A stretch of DNA of 63,988 nt, counting the filler, from Octopus bimaculoides (taxonomy: Eukaryota): assembly GCF_001194135.2 (NCBI RefSeq). It is 6 parts of 4 records of this genome, joined end to end, with 100 filler letters (N's around TTAATTAATTAA, not from the genome) between each part and the next. Parts side by side here need not be neighbours in the genome. Positions count along the whole stretch, not along the records: positions 16,595 to 25,389 come from NC_068989.1; positions 25,490 to 40,008 come from NC_068989.1; 4 more parts are not named here. One strand, given 5' to 3'. The notes under the pieces are model-generated. The model made no database searches. It had not been told where the DNA came from and saw only the letters and a list, made by a program, of their open reading frames with translations. The translations under genes and the position numbers were made by a program. This document shows positions 23,736 to 36,539 of the stretch, in pieces; the stretch's first letter is position 1, and every line of letters begins with the position of its first letter.

Positions 23736-25139
23736 TAACTTCGTTTCTTTTAATCTTTAATTGAGACACATTTTCTGGATTTCATAGGAAAAGNNNNNNN
23801 NNNNNNNNNNNNNNNNNNNNNNNNNNNNNNNNNNNNNNNNNNNNNNNNNNNNNNNNNNNNNNNNNNNNNNNNNNNNNNNNNNNNNNNNNNNNNNNNNNNN
23901 NNNNNNNNNNNNNNNNNNNNNNNNNNNNNNNNNNNNNNNNNNNNNNNNNNNNNNNNNNNNNNNNNNNNNNNNNNNNNNNNNNNNNNNNNNNNNNNNNNNN
24001 NNNNNNNNNNNNNNNNNNNNNNNNNNNNNNNNNNNNNNNNNNNNNNNNNNNNNNNNNNNNNNNNNNNNNNNNNNNNNNNNNNNNNNNNNNNNNNNNNNNN
24101 NNNNNNNNNNNNNNNNNNNNNNNNNNNNNNNNNNNNNNNNNNNNNNNNNNNNNNNNNNNNNNNNNNNNNNNNNNNNNNNNNNNNNNNNNNNNNNNNNNNN
24201 NNNNNNNNNNNNNNNNNNNNNNNNNNNNNNNNNNNNNNNNNNNNNNNNNNNNNNNNNNNNNNNNNNNNNNNNNNNNNNNNNNNNNNNNNNNNNNNNNNNN
24301 NNNNNNNNNNNNNNNNNNNNNNNNNNNNNNNNNNNNNNNNNNNNNNNNNNNNNNNNNNNNNNNNNNNNNNNNNNNNNNNNNNNNNNNNNNNNNNNNNNNN
24401 NNNNNNNNNNNNNNNNNNNNNNNTTTCGAGACCCTAGGTTAACGATTTTTCTTTCTTTTTTTTCTTTCCAAGCACAAGATCCAAATGTTGAATGAAGTGC
24501 TTAAGTTTCTATTACCCTAACAAATGCTTCTGCATGTTATCGAGAAATTTATAGAGAGCGAAAAAAAAAAAGCTTCTTCTAAGCAAACAACTCTAGATCT
24601 GTTTTTTTTTTTTAAAAGAAATCTACAAGTCAGTCTACGAATGCTTGTGAATCGGCGATCGCGTCAGCAAGTGTAGTGCGAGTAAAAGTGATTCAGAAAA
24701 CAACAATAATAATAATTTTTGTTATAAATGATCTTGACATTCTTTTTATTTTACATGAAATATTCTTTACAGTCTACAGTTGTTTTATTGCCATTTATTT
24801 ACGAGTATTATGTATTTTATTATTACAATATTTTTCTGGGAACGAATTACGATTTATAACATTGCTGCTATAGGAAATTATTGCTCGCTTTACGAGCGGT
24901 CTCCGGAAACGAATTAACTCGGCAATCAAAGCATTACTGTAATTTAGTTTCTTTTCATATCACGTTAACCATAGTTTTAAGAAGACATGTTTCTGTCTCA
25001 AGGCAATAAAAAGACGACTCCAGGTAGCTAAAGGGAGATAACTCTGACAATACTGCCATGATCGCAGTTCAGCTCAGCTTCCATGGACTTGTAATTAAAT
25101 GTATTTCAGGTATAAACCATCGTGTCTTTTAGGGGCCTA

Positions 25140-25225
25140 TGTAGGACTACATTGTCCATTCCTTATTCAAGACAGTAGCGTGTGGTTTGAGAGGCATTCA
25201 GCTACTGTTTTTAACAGATTGAGTG
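25140..25225 (-). repeat. Family G fragment
   Basis: taggactacattgtcc...aagacagtagcgtgtggtttgagagg. Confidence 0.45.
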
Positions 25226-25227
25226 AC

Positions 25228-25365
25228 CCCCAACCATATGATTCTGGCTTCAGTCCCAATGCGTGGCACTTTGGGCAAATGTCTTCTGCTGTAGCTTCGG
25301 ATTGATCAGAGCCTTTTGAGTAGATTTGGTAGATGGAAGCTGAAAGAAGCTCGTCGTGTGTGTTT
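25228..25365 (+). mobile_element. SINE family B, 5' part
   Basis: ttcagtcccaatgcgtggcactttgggcaaatgtcttc...gatttggtagatggaagctgaaagaagc. Confidence 0.8.
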
Positions 25366-25609
25366 GTATGTATGTATATGTGTATATATNNNNNNNNNNN
25401 NNNNNNNNNNNNNNNNNNNNNNNNNNNNNNNNNTTAATTAATTAANNNNNNNNNNNNNNNNNNNNNNNNNNNNNNNNNNNNNNNNNNNNATATATATATA
25501 TATATATAGTCAATCCAAACAAGACCAAGCAAGAAAAAACAACAACGCGAGGACGTGGTATAAGTACTGTGTCATTGGACGCTCAGGAAAGGAAAGAAAA
25601 GAAAGAGGA

Positions 25610-25645
25610 TTTCACGTTTCGAGCGGAGCTCTTCATCAGAGATAT
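25610..25645 (-). ncRNA. Minimal hammerhead-ribozyme-like core, probably in a Penelope pseudo-LTR relic (25500-25685)
   Basis: The minus strand reads CUGAUGA-A-GAGC-UCC-GCUC-GAAAC-GUG. Core and stem II are intact, but G at the cleavage position. Confidence 0.6.
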
Positions 25646-26420
25646 AGAAAAAGTCCAAAGAAGGGAAGACGGAGAAAGAAAATCTATATATGTGTGTGTG
25701 TGTGTATGTGTGCGAGTAATATATATGTATATATATGTGTGTATGTATGCCTATGTGTGTGTATATTCGTACATTGGCTTATGGCAGACGAATGAGACAT
25801 GTTGAAACTGAAAGTGAAAGTTTATTTCGCGCGTCGTGTTCGCGCCATTGCGATCTTCGGTTGAGAACTGAATATATGCATACAATATTATCTCTATCTC
25901 TCTTTTTTCTTTATTTCAGACACACACACACGTATTTATATATAAAGATTGAATATTCAATAATGTTGTACTCACAGAGCCATAGTTCCTGCTGCTGGCA
26001 AGACAGCCGTACGATCGGTCATAGGAAGGCTGTTGGAAGTAAAAAAGAAGAAACAAAAATATTTATATTTAATATTAAAGATTAATACAGTTTAAAATAA
26101 TCTTGGCATGTCTTGACCAAGTTGTAAACTAAAGGAAAAGAGCAAAACTGGATTATCAATATTTTATCAACGGTCTTCGAAAACATGACAAAATATTTTT
26201 TCTTCGATTAATATGATCTTAAGTGGTTAATTTTACTTTTTAAGTAATTATTTTAGAGCAAGCAAGACTAAACTTATTATAGTTCAAAGATTATTCTTTT
26301 TTCCTATAGACTAATATTAAATTCTATGTAATGTCCGTCACATACGTAAGTTCAATCTACAATCTATTCCAGGCACCAGCAACAATTTTTGGAATACTCT
26401 ACTTTTTATTTTTATATTTG

Positions 26421-26697
26421 CTCATGACTACTGGCTCGGGAACGAAATTTGCTTTGGTGTGGGGTGGGGCAGACCCATGTTCAAATATTTTTTTTACAAA
26501 GATCTTATTATTATTTAAAAAATATTTTTGCTCTTTGTTCTTTGAGAAGAAACCTAACTTAAGATCAATTTTTAAGCACTGTTTTCTAAACCTGAAAAAA
26601 GTAAATAAGGGTGCAATTATTGATTTTTGCACCCCAGAAAAATTTTAGGTGCGCTTGCACTGCCTGCATCCACTGTTCCCGGGCCCATGCTCATGAC
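26421..26697. mobile_element. hAT-type MITE (261 bp)
   Basis: 8-bp TSD ctcatgac (26421-26428, 26690-26697); 15-bp imperfect TIR tactggctcgggaac / gttcccgggcccatg. Confidence 0.7.
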
Positions 26698-28495
26698 GCG
26701 CTTAAATATTATATCGTTTCTTAAACACTATTAGCGTAACTTACACATTATATCGTATTTTTTATACGACTATATCATATTTTACATATAAAAATATCCT
26801 CGGGCATTCCATGAATTTTTATTGCCATTATTGCCAATGCATATGTGAACAAAAATTGCGTAAATCGTGACGCAAAAGGCTATGAATCAAAAGGCCCCAA
26901 CTGCTTAGTAATTCAAACGCATTAAATTCTACAGAAAGTTCTCTTAAAAGCTACCGTTTTACCGGTAATATGTATACATATATATAGTTGGCCCAACTGT
27001 TGCTGATCCCTGATAGACACTATCAATGATTAATCATTGACTACTTCCAAATGCCTCCATATCTACACTGTATATATATATGTATGTACATGCGTATTAT
27101 TAACAAGATAATGCTTGACAACAATATGACTGCTTCAATACGCTTGAGTATCTTCCCTAAAGCTAAAAAGAAAAAAAATAACAAAGAAATAACAAAACTT
27201 TGAGAAGATACAAAGATGCGTCTAAAAAATGGTATCGTTGTCAGGCATTACATTATTAACAGGAGAAATTTTGACTCTACATTAAAAAATGCATTGAGTA
27301 CTGTTATCCTGCTCGAAATCAAATCGAGATTAATGTTCTATATACATATACATATACATATGCATATATATATATATATATTCATGAAATAATGAGTGCT
27401 TGGTTTATTATTTGAAAGCAAAGACACAAAAACATTTAAAACAGATGAAGAAACATAAGTTTTAGATAAAAGCAGTATTATTTCATTTATGAGTAAAATA
27501 CTGAGCAAAAACAATTGAGTTATATATAGTGTACATACAATATAAAATCTCTGACACAGTCACACACAATATTATGTATATATATATGTGCATATATGCA
27601 TATATATGCACATATATATATGCATATATATATGTATGTATACCCATATATATGCTTATATGTATATACATATGCATACATATATTTATATATATATGTA
27701 TATANNNNNNNNNNNNNNNNNNNNNNNNNNNNNNNNNNNNNNNNNNNNNNNNNNNNNNNNNNNNNNNNTATATATATAATTATATATACATGCATATGTA
27801 CACATGAATATACGTTAAAAAAGATTGAAATAACAAATACATGTAAGAAAAGAATAACAACAATAAGAAGAAAAAAAGCTCAATGGAACAGAATCGTTAG
27901 TAACAATTCATGCCTGAACCAGTTGTTAATATGTTTACAGTGCATTGTGAAAACAATTTTCTTTGTTTTTGGTGAAGGATTAAGTTTTTCAGAGGTTATA
28001 AATAGTTATTTCAAGTAAGAAATTTGTTAGCTATTATTTTTTAAAGTACATAAGAAAGAGCATATGTGAACAGAAACAAAATGAAGGCAGAATATCGCTG
28101 TTTTGGTATATCTCGCATTATTAACGTGTTTCATATATTAGATGCATTGTTCCTCGAGTTGGGGAGTGAAGTAATTTTGATTGGACTACTTTGGTCGTGG
28201 TAGGGTGGAAAGGGCTTACTTCAGAAATGGGAGAATAAGTACCAACTAAATAAAACTTGGGGGTGTAATATTGAGCTGAAAACCAGGAGGAAATGAATGA
28301 GCAGTGATTTGACCACATCTGCTGTTTCACCAACGGGAAGGTGTTATAGTTTAGGATCGAAACAACCGATGATCATTAAGTACCGTCTGATGATATCAGT
28401 TGCTCCCGGCCAAAGTTCCACTCACGTCCACAAAAATTTAAACTACATGTATACATGTGTTGAGTGCTACTTCCATTCGTTTCTTCACTCATTCG

Positions 28496-28528
<33 letters not shown>

Positions 28529-28587
28529 GTGTGTGTGTGTGTGTAGATATGAATGTGAATATAAACATGTAAGCATATGTATATATA

Positions 28588-28968
28588 CTCTTGTACTTGT
28601 TTCAGTTATTTCACTGTGGCCATGCTGGAGCACCGCCTTTAGTCGAGCAAATCGACCCCAGGACTTATTCTTTGTAAGCCTAGTACTTATTCTATCGGTC
28701 TATTTTGCCGAATCGCTAAGTTACGTGGCCGTAAACACACCAGCATCGGTTGTCAAGCGATGTTGGGGGACAAACACAGACACTTAAACACACACATATA
28801 TATATATATATATATACATATATACGACGGGCTTCTTTCAGTTTTCCGTCTACCAAATCCACTCACAAGGCTAGAAGACACTTGCCCAAAGTGCCACGCA
28901 GTCGGACTGAACCCAGAACCATGTGGTTGGTAAGCAAGCTACTTACCACACAGCCACTCCTACGCCTA
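28588..28968 (-). mobile_element. SINE family B, full length
   Basis: Near-consensus reverse copy. Confidence 0.92.
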
Positions 28969-29784
28969 TAAAAATTCATATGTACATATATATGTATGTG
29001 CACACATACACGCTCCCCCTGCGCGCACACATACACGCTCCCCCTGCGCGCACACATACACTCATGCATATAACCTTGGAAGATTTACAATACTTCCATT
29101 CTCTGGCGTATTCATCGTCACAGCTACTTCGAAAGCCACCAGCATTTAATAACTTCTTTTTGTCTTTATTTTACAGGAGACGACGCCGTCAGCTTTCTGT
29201 TTCTTTAACCTTATACTTTGTTATGTTTAAGGAACTAGAATTAGTTTTAACGGGATTTTAGGAATCAAATTCTAAAGGGAAATTACATGTTCGTCGCTTA
29301 TTTATTTAAAACTTTTTTTTTTCCCGTAAATATTTTCTGTCGTGGTCTTTATATATAATAATATATTATATTGTTCTTAGTGAATTTTTTTCACTCCAAA
29401 GCAGAATGAAAAGATATATTTAGAATCAGATCTGTCACGTAATTATCCCCCTTTATTTCTTTCTCTTTTGTTTATGCAAGTTTATTTATATTCATTCTAA
29501 ACAATTTTAGTATTATTTACTCACTGAGACACCTATTATTGTTATTGTTATCATTGTTACTTCTATTACTAATATTAGTAATATTATTATTATTATTATC
29601 ATTATTATCATTATTTCTGTTGTTGTTTCTGTTGTTCTTGTTTGTATTTTTCTTATATTTGATGCTGTCGTTGTAGACACCACCATCATCATTTTCATCG
29701 TCTGCTTTACCTTCAACATTGTGACACCGTTAGCGTCTTTGGCATTGCGATCAAAGGTCCTGTTCGTTCAGAACTTCACATATA

Positions 29785-30175
29785 GGCGCAGGAGTGGCTG
29801 TGTGGTAAGTAGCTTGCTTACCAACCACATGGTTCTGAGTTCAGTCTCACTGCGTGGCACCTTGGGCAAGTGTCTTCTACTATAGCCTCGGGTCAACCAA
29901 AGCCTTGAGAGTGGATTTGGTAGACGGAAACTGGAAGAAGCCCGTCGTATATATGCATATATATATTGTGTGTCTGTGTTTGTCCCCCCAACATCGCTTG
30001 ACAACCGATGCTGGTGTGTTTGCGTCTCCGTAACTTAGCGGTTCGGCAAAATAGACCGATAGAATAAGTACTAGGCTTACAAAGAATAATTCCTGGGATC
30101 GATTTGCTCGACTAAAAGGCGGTGCTCCAGCATGGCCGCAGTCAAATGACTGAAATTAGTAAAAGAATATATTCT
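29785..30175 (+). mobile_element. SINE family B, full length
   Basis: gcaggagtggctgtgtggtaagtagcttgc ... ggcggtgctccagcatggccgcagtcaaatgactgaa. Confidence 0.95.
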
Positions 30176-30319
30176 CATTCTCTCTGCATTTTTCTCGCGT
30201 ACACACACATACATAGAAACATACATACATACATACATACATACATACATGTGTGTATGTGCGTGTTTGTGCATGTGTGTATGTATATATGTGTGTGTAT
30301 GTGTTTGTATGTATATGTA

Positions 30320-30350
<31 letters not shown>

Positions 30351-30479
30351 ATACAATAATGCCTCGATATATTAGTTAACTTGTTCCCGGAGACCGCTCG
30401 TAAAAAGAAAAGTAAAGCAGAGCAATAATTTTCCATAGTAGCAATGAAATTTTATGCCGTCATTTTACTTCGTCGCTAT

Positions 30480-30590
<111 letters not shown>

Positions 30591-30600
30591 TGTATATATC

Positions 30601-30865
30601 AGAAGATTGAAGGCTCTTCCCGAAGCATAGGCTCATAAGGCCGGTTTTCCTAATTCTGTCGAGTGTATCCCCCTTTCCCACTATATTCCACTGGAAGGGG
30701 TGCCGGTCCTTTACAAAATTTACTTATTTGTGCCAAATGGGGGTTTGGAGTAACGTGAAATGAAGTATTTTGCTCAAGAACACAGCACATGCCCGGTCTA
30801 GGAAACGAAACCAGAATTTTACGATCATGAGTCCAACAGCCTAACCACTAAACCATACGCCTCCA
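30601..30865 (-). mobile_element. SINE family E (tRNA head + cttgagcaa central domain), tail X
   Basis: ggaggcgtatggtttagtggttagg A box; gtgttcttgagcaaaatacttcatttcacgttactcca central domain. Confidence 0.8.
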
Positions 30866-30956
30866 TATAGTATATGTGGCGCGTGTGTGTGCACGTATGT
30901 GTATATATGTATGTATATATATATACACGTCAGAACGATTTTCAAACTTTTGAGAG

Positions 30957-31405
30957 AACGTGAAATATTTATTTTGGGGAACAGGATCTCAAAGCACATA
31001 TAAAGCTATGAATAATTATTCCTACTATTGGCACAAGGCCTTGACAATTTTGGGGGGAAGGGGACCTTTCGATTACATCGACCTCAGTGCGTAACTGGTA
31101 CTTATTTCATTGACCTCGAAAGGATGCAAGGCAAATCGACCACGGTGGAATTTGAACTCAGAACGTAGTGGCAGACGAAATACCGTTAAGCATTTCGCCC
31201 GGCGTGCTAACGATTCTGTCAGCTCATTGCCCTAATAAAGCTATAAATAAGAATATACAAATATTGGGTTGAAAAGCCCTTTCTTTTGGGCAGCTTTTGA
31301 TTTTTCCTACCTAAATTGTTTTTTTCAATCCAGTATTTACATGCTGTTACTTATAGCTTTAAATGAGCTTTGAAATCTTGCTCCCCCAAATAATTATCGC
31401 ACGTT
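30957..31405. mobile_element. Fold-back MITE with long TIRs, interrupted by a SINE
   Basis: cgtgaaatatttattttggggaacaggatctcaaagcacatataaagctat is the inverse of atagctttaaatgagctttgaaatcttgctcccccaaataattatcgcacg. Confidence 0.7.
31016..31234 (-). mobile_element. SINE family A (tail type 2), 16-bp TSD
   Basis: TSD ataaagctat(g/a)aataa at 31000-31015 and 31235-31250. Confidence 0.9.
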
Positions 31406-31436
<31 letters not shown>

Positions 31437-31567
31437 NNNNNNNNNNNNNNNNNNNNNNNNNNNNNNNNNNNNNNNNNNNNNNNNNACATATGATATAACA
31501 TAATATAACATAATATATTATAATGTAATATAATATAATATATATATATATATATATACATATATAC

Positions 31568-31602
<35 letters not shown>

Positions 31603-32989
31603 TATGTATATATATATATATATAAGCGCACACACACGCATGTATATATAATGTACAAAAATACGTACAAAAATAGACTGGCCTATTGATCGTAAACTCG
31701 CACGAAACTCGTTAAAAAGACCGTTGGAAATAAAATCTGACGGCGTTTTACTATGATGTAAGAGATATTTATAGCAGTACGGCAAGTAAATGTAGACAGA
31801 AGTTGTCCTGAAATTTCAAGTCCATCTTCTAAACGTCTTGACTTCTGTTCTCTTATCGCAGTGGGTGGCGACGAGAACGGCTTCAATCATAGATCTTCTG
31901 TTCCTTCTTCCTCCCTAAGCTAGATAACTTAATTCAACGTAACTCATCTGATCTCACGTAGTCTTGATGAAAGAATGTCTTCATCTTAGTTTATTCTGCC
32001 TACGTTAGGCAGCTTATCTCTTTTTTTTTTTTCATGGGTCACTCGCGTGCAGATTGCTTCATGATTTTGTCACAGGAGTTTCTTCAGTTCAGGTTGTAGA
32101 TGATTTGAGGGCACCTAAGGTCATCATTATAAAAATGGAAAACGAAAGAAGACCCTTAAAAAAAAAAAGAGAAGTTTCGTTCGAGATAATGTTTATTTAT
32201 TTCATTAATGGCATGTCGCCGTTGCGGCACGAACAGTCTCTATGCTTGGTTGCAGAGTTCAAAATTTCGAGGCCCCTGACTTTTCATGATCCTCAAGAGA
32301 TATACAGATAACATTAAAAAAAAAAAATCTTGGTTTTGTGTTCCATTGAACAACCTCTTCCCACCGCTATAACCTCATTTTATTTAATTAGGTTGTTTCT
32401 ATGTTACTACTGTTGTTGTTGTCGTCGTCCGGTCCTTGGCAGTGGGCTATCAAAAATTCTTAGTGTCCCCATGACTAAAGACACTTTTAGAGCCACCGCC
32501 TTAATTAGAAACCATTATTAGCCATACGAAATTTTGCACCCCTCACATTTTCAACTAGAACCACTGCCTCATGCATTCTATATTGCTACTCTACTGGTTC
32601 CAGAGGAGACTTTAAGTGACCGGCAAACTTCCAATCATAACCCACCAATCTTTTCCTCAGACAATTTATCTAGAACCAGATTACCCAACATTACATATTT
32701 TAAGGATGTGATGTAATGTACACTTGTTCCTGTTTCTGATAGACCCAGCAACAGGATAGACAGCGCATCTTTCATTGGTTAGTTTTAAAATATAGCCTTT
32801 CAAATAAAACACTTTGGGGTTTGATGGGACGTATGTAAAGCTAAGCGCTTTATTGATGCGAAACCTTAGGTAATTCAATGCACCGGCCATAACTATCTTC
32901 CTCTAAATATTCTGCTGTTCTCTCTCTCTCTCTCTCTCTCTCTNNNNNNNNNNNNNNNNNNNNNNNNNNNNNNNNNNNNNNNNNNNNNN

Positions 32990-33020
<31 letters not shown>

Positions 33021-34576
33021 TAACGCTTCCATCCATCCATCTATCCCTCCATTCATACAGACGTGTGTGTGTGCTCGCGTGCCTGTGTGTAACATTTTAA
33101 AGGAATCTAGTTAAAATTTTGCCTGAAGGGTTTCTAATATATGCGTTATCTACTATCTACAACACATGAGATTCATCATCGGTTCATAGGGAAAAAGTTC
33201 GGAGAGTGTATTGCACGGATTAAGAACTGGGAAAACAGGAGAAAATATGAAGTGAAAAAGGTAAGACACAAAAAGAAAACGTAGTGACAAACAGAAAAGG
33301 TTAAGAATAAGATGAATAATAAAGTATGTATAAAAAGGAGGGCGAAGAAAGTGAGTGAGAGAGAGAGTAGAGAGAAAGAGAATGTAAAAAGGGATTGAAC
33401 GAACATCCTAGCTGGTCTTAATTTTGTGTTTTTTATGGATTCCTTTTTTTCATTTTATCTTTATTTATTTCGTATTTAATTGGTTATTTATATATTAGTC
33501 TACCCGTGTCGTCAATAATAGTGGTAAAACGTTTACCGTACTGAAATGTCTTTAAAATGATAACAACATACTTAAATACAGATATTCATATGCTATAGAC
33601 GCTGATATCTATCTTCATGTATATATATATGTATATATATNNNNNNNNNNNNNNNNNNNNNNNNNNNNNNNNNNNNNNNNNNNNNNNNNNNNNNNNNNNN
33701 NNNNNNNNNNNNNNNNNNNNNNNNNNNNNNNNNNNNNNNNNNNNNNNNNNNNNNNNNNNNNNNNNNNNNNNNNNNNNNNNNNNNNNNNNNNNNNNNNNNN
33801 NNNNNNNNNNNNNNNNNNNNNNNNNNNNNNNNNNNNNNNNNNNNNNNNNNNNNNNNNNNNNNNNNNNNNNNNNNNNNNNNNNNNNNNNNNNNNNNNNNNN
33901 NNNNNNNNNNNNNNNNNNNNNNNNNNNNNNNNNNNNNNNNNNNNNNNNNNNNNNNNNNNNNNNNNNNNNNNNNNNNNNNNNNNNNNNNNNNNNNNNNNNN
34001 NNNNNNNNNNNNNNNNNNNNNNNNNNNNNNNNNNNNNNNNNNNNNNNNNNNNNNNNNNNNNNNNNNNNNNNNNNNNNNNNNNNNNNNNNNNNNNNNNNNN
34101 NNNNNNNNNNNNNNNNNNNNNNNNNNNNNNNNNNNNNNNNNNNNNNNNNNNNNNNNNNNNNNNNNNNNNNNNNNNNNNNNNNNNNNNNNNNNNNNNNNNN
34201 NNNNNNNNNNNNNNNNNNNNNNNNNNNNNNNNNNNNNNNNNNNNNNNNNNNNNNNNNNNNNNNNNNNNNNNNNNNNNNNNNNNNNNNNNNNNNNNNNNNN
34301 NNNNNNNNNNNNNNNNNNNNNNNNNNNNNNNNNNNNNNNNNNNNNNNNNNNNNNNNNNNNNNNNNNNNNNNNNNNNNNNNNNNNNNNNNNNNNNNNNNNN
34401 NNNNNNNNNNNNNNNNNNNNNNNNNNNNNNNNNNNNNNNNNNNNNNNNNNNNNNNNNNNNNNNNNNNNNNNNNNNNNNNNNNNNNNNNNNNNNNNNNNNN
34501 NNNNNNNNNNNNNNNNNNNNNNNNNNNNNNNNNNNNNNNNNNNNNNNNNNNNNNNNNNNNNNNNNNNNNNNNNNNG

Positions 34577-34831
34577 GGATGGTGGCGAACCCTGCTGTAT
34601 ACTCTTTCACCACAACTTTCTCTCACTCTTACTTCCTGTTTCTGTTGTGCCTGTAATTCAAAGGGTCAGCCTTGTCACACTCTGTGTCACGCTGAATATC
34701 CCCGAGAACTACGTTAAGGGTACACGTGTCTGCGGAGTGCTCAGCCACTTGCACGTTAATTTCACGAGCAGTCTGTTCCGTTGATCGGATCAACTGGAAC
34801 CCTCGGCGTCGTAAGCGACGGAGTGCCAACA
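34577..34831 (+). mobile_element. SINE family C (5' end lost in gap)
   Basis: Matches 1565-1805; ends gacggagtgccaac. Confidence 0.92.
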
Positions 34832-36305
34832 GCATAGTTCGGTCTCCATAAATGAAAGACGAAAGAATGTTGTTTGCTTGTTTCACGGAACTTTAGTATG
34901 GACAGTCGACAGAAAGCAATCTGAACAGAACCTCTTGAAAGCGTTATTCATGCCCGGTTTGTCCAACATGTTCACCAAGTTTTCATCAGCGTTCACATAG
35001 AAGCTCACAGCTTGTATACCAAGTTTCGCATCAACCTTTACTAGGGACTGAAGAAGTCCCAGCTGATTCAGATGTGAATGAGTTGAAGAGAACACACACA
35101 CACACACTCACATATGTATGTGTGTATGTATGTGTATTTTTATGTATGTATGTATGTATGTATGTATATGACGAATTCTGCAATTTGCAGTCAGTAAATC
35201 GTTGTTTACTCTGGAAGCGATGAGAGGCAAAGAGTGAAGAGCGTAGAGGGAGACTGGGGGAAAGTCTTACTGCGTGAAAGGATCGGAAGAGGAGGAGGAG
35301 GAGGTGCTTTGGGGTAGTTATTTCTCCCCGTTCTCTTGCAGACAGCACTAATTTCTGTTGCCGGCATTACTTTAGCTACACACACACTCACACAAATACA
35401 AACGCACACGCTTATATATATATGTGCATACATACATATATATGTATGTATATATATTTATATATATATATATGTATATATATATGTATATATATATGTG
35501 TATATATNNNNNNNNNNNNNNNNNNNNNNNNNNNNNNNNNNNNNNNNNNNNNNNNNNNNNNNNNNNNNNNNNNNNNNNNNNNNNNNNNNNNNNNNNNNNN
35601 NNNNNNNNNNNNNNNNNNNNNNNNNNNNNNNNNNNNNNNNNNNNNNNNNNNNNNNNNNNNNNNNNNNNNNNNNNNNNNNNNNNNNNNNNNNNNNNNNNNN
35701 NNNNNNNNNNNNNNNNNNNNNNNNNNNNNNNNNNNNNNNNNNNNNNNNNNNNNNNNNNNNNNNNNNNNNNNNNNNNNNNNNNNNNNNNNNNNNNNNNNNN
35801 NNNNNNNNNNNNNNNNNNNNNNNNNNNNNNNNNNNNNNNNNNNNNNNNNNNNNNNNNNNNNNNNNNNNNNNNNNNNNNNNNNNNNNNNNNNNNNNNNNNN
35901 NNNNNNNNNNNNNNNNNNNNNNNNNNNNNNNNNNNNNNNNNNNNNNNGTGGGGTAATTGTTTATTTAAAAAAAAACAATGGAATGGTAATACGTAAAGAA
36001 TAAAAAACATTATCTTCAAGAATGGACTTATTTATATATCTATTTATCTATTTATTTATTTGAGAAATGAGTTGTAGGTTCAATTTTCCCTATGGTAGTA
36101 AATTTTCCTCGGCCAGTTTAAATTGCATTTTATTTATTCCTTAAATATTATCAAAACAATTTCACAATTTAAAATTCTTTTTAATAAGAAAGAAGAATAT
36201 AAAAGGATATATAAAACATTTAATTTATATTTAAAATGATTTTCAATTAATTATGCAGTTTAAAGGGGAATAAAAATATCGATCAACGTAGATGATTTTG
36301 AAATA

Positions 36306-36539
36306 ATTCATTTTTGGAACGATGAAACCCGAAGCTGATAAAGCTATGAATAATAACCTCTAAATGTTGGGTTAGAAAACACTCTGAATAGAAAAAGTTG
36401 TTGGCTGAGAGGATACAGACAGTGAATTCCTTTTTGGAACGGTGAAACTCGAAGCTTATAAAGCTATGAATAATAGCCTGTAAATATCGGATTAGAAAAC
36501 ACTTTGAATAGAAAAAGTTGTAGGCTGAGAGGATACAGA
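36306..36539 (+). repeat. Two-copy 120-bp tandem duplication
   Basis: attc.tttttggaacg.tgaaac.cgaagct.ataaagctatgaataa...ggctgagaggatacaga at 36306 and 36426. Confidence 0.9.

Noticed and set aside
31790-31922. VLVATHCD (Roco-like) on the minus strand and an acceptor plus GGDENGFNHRSS..* on the plus strand
   Set aside because: Short, mutually exclusive readings with no supporting splice partner or homology.
32436-32570. CAGTGG...CCACTG possible hAT MITE (similar at 48866-48930)
   Set aside because: Only about 6 bp of TIR match and no TSD.
34883-35107. ORF with YVNADENLVNMLDKP resembling a Copia RNase H end
   Set aside because: The upstream KHID-type motif is absent and there are no other LTR features; the similarity is too short.
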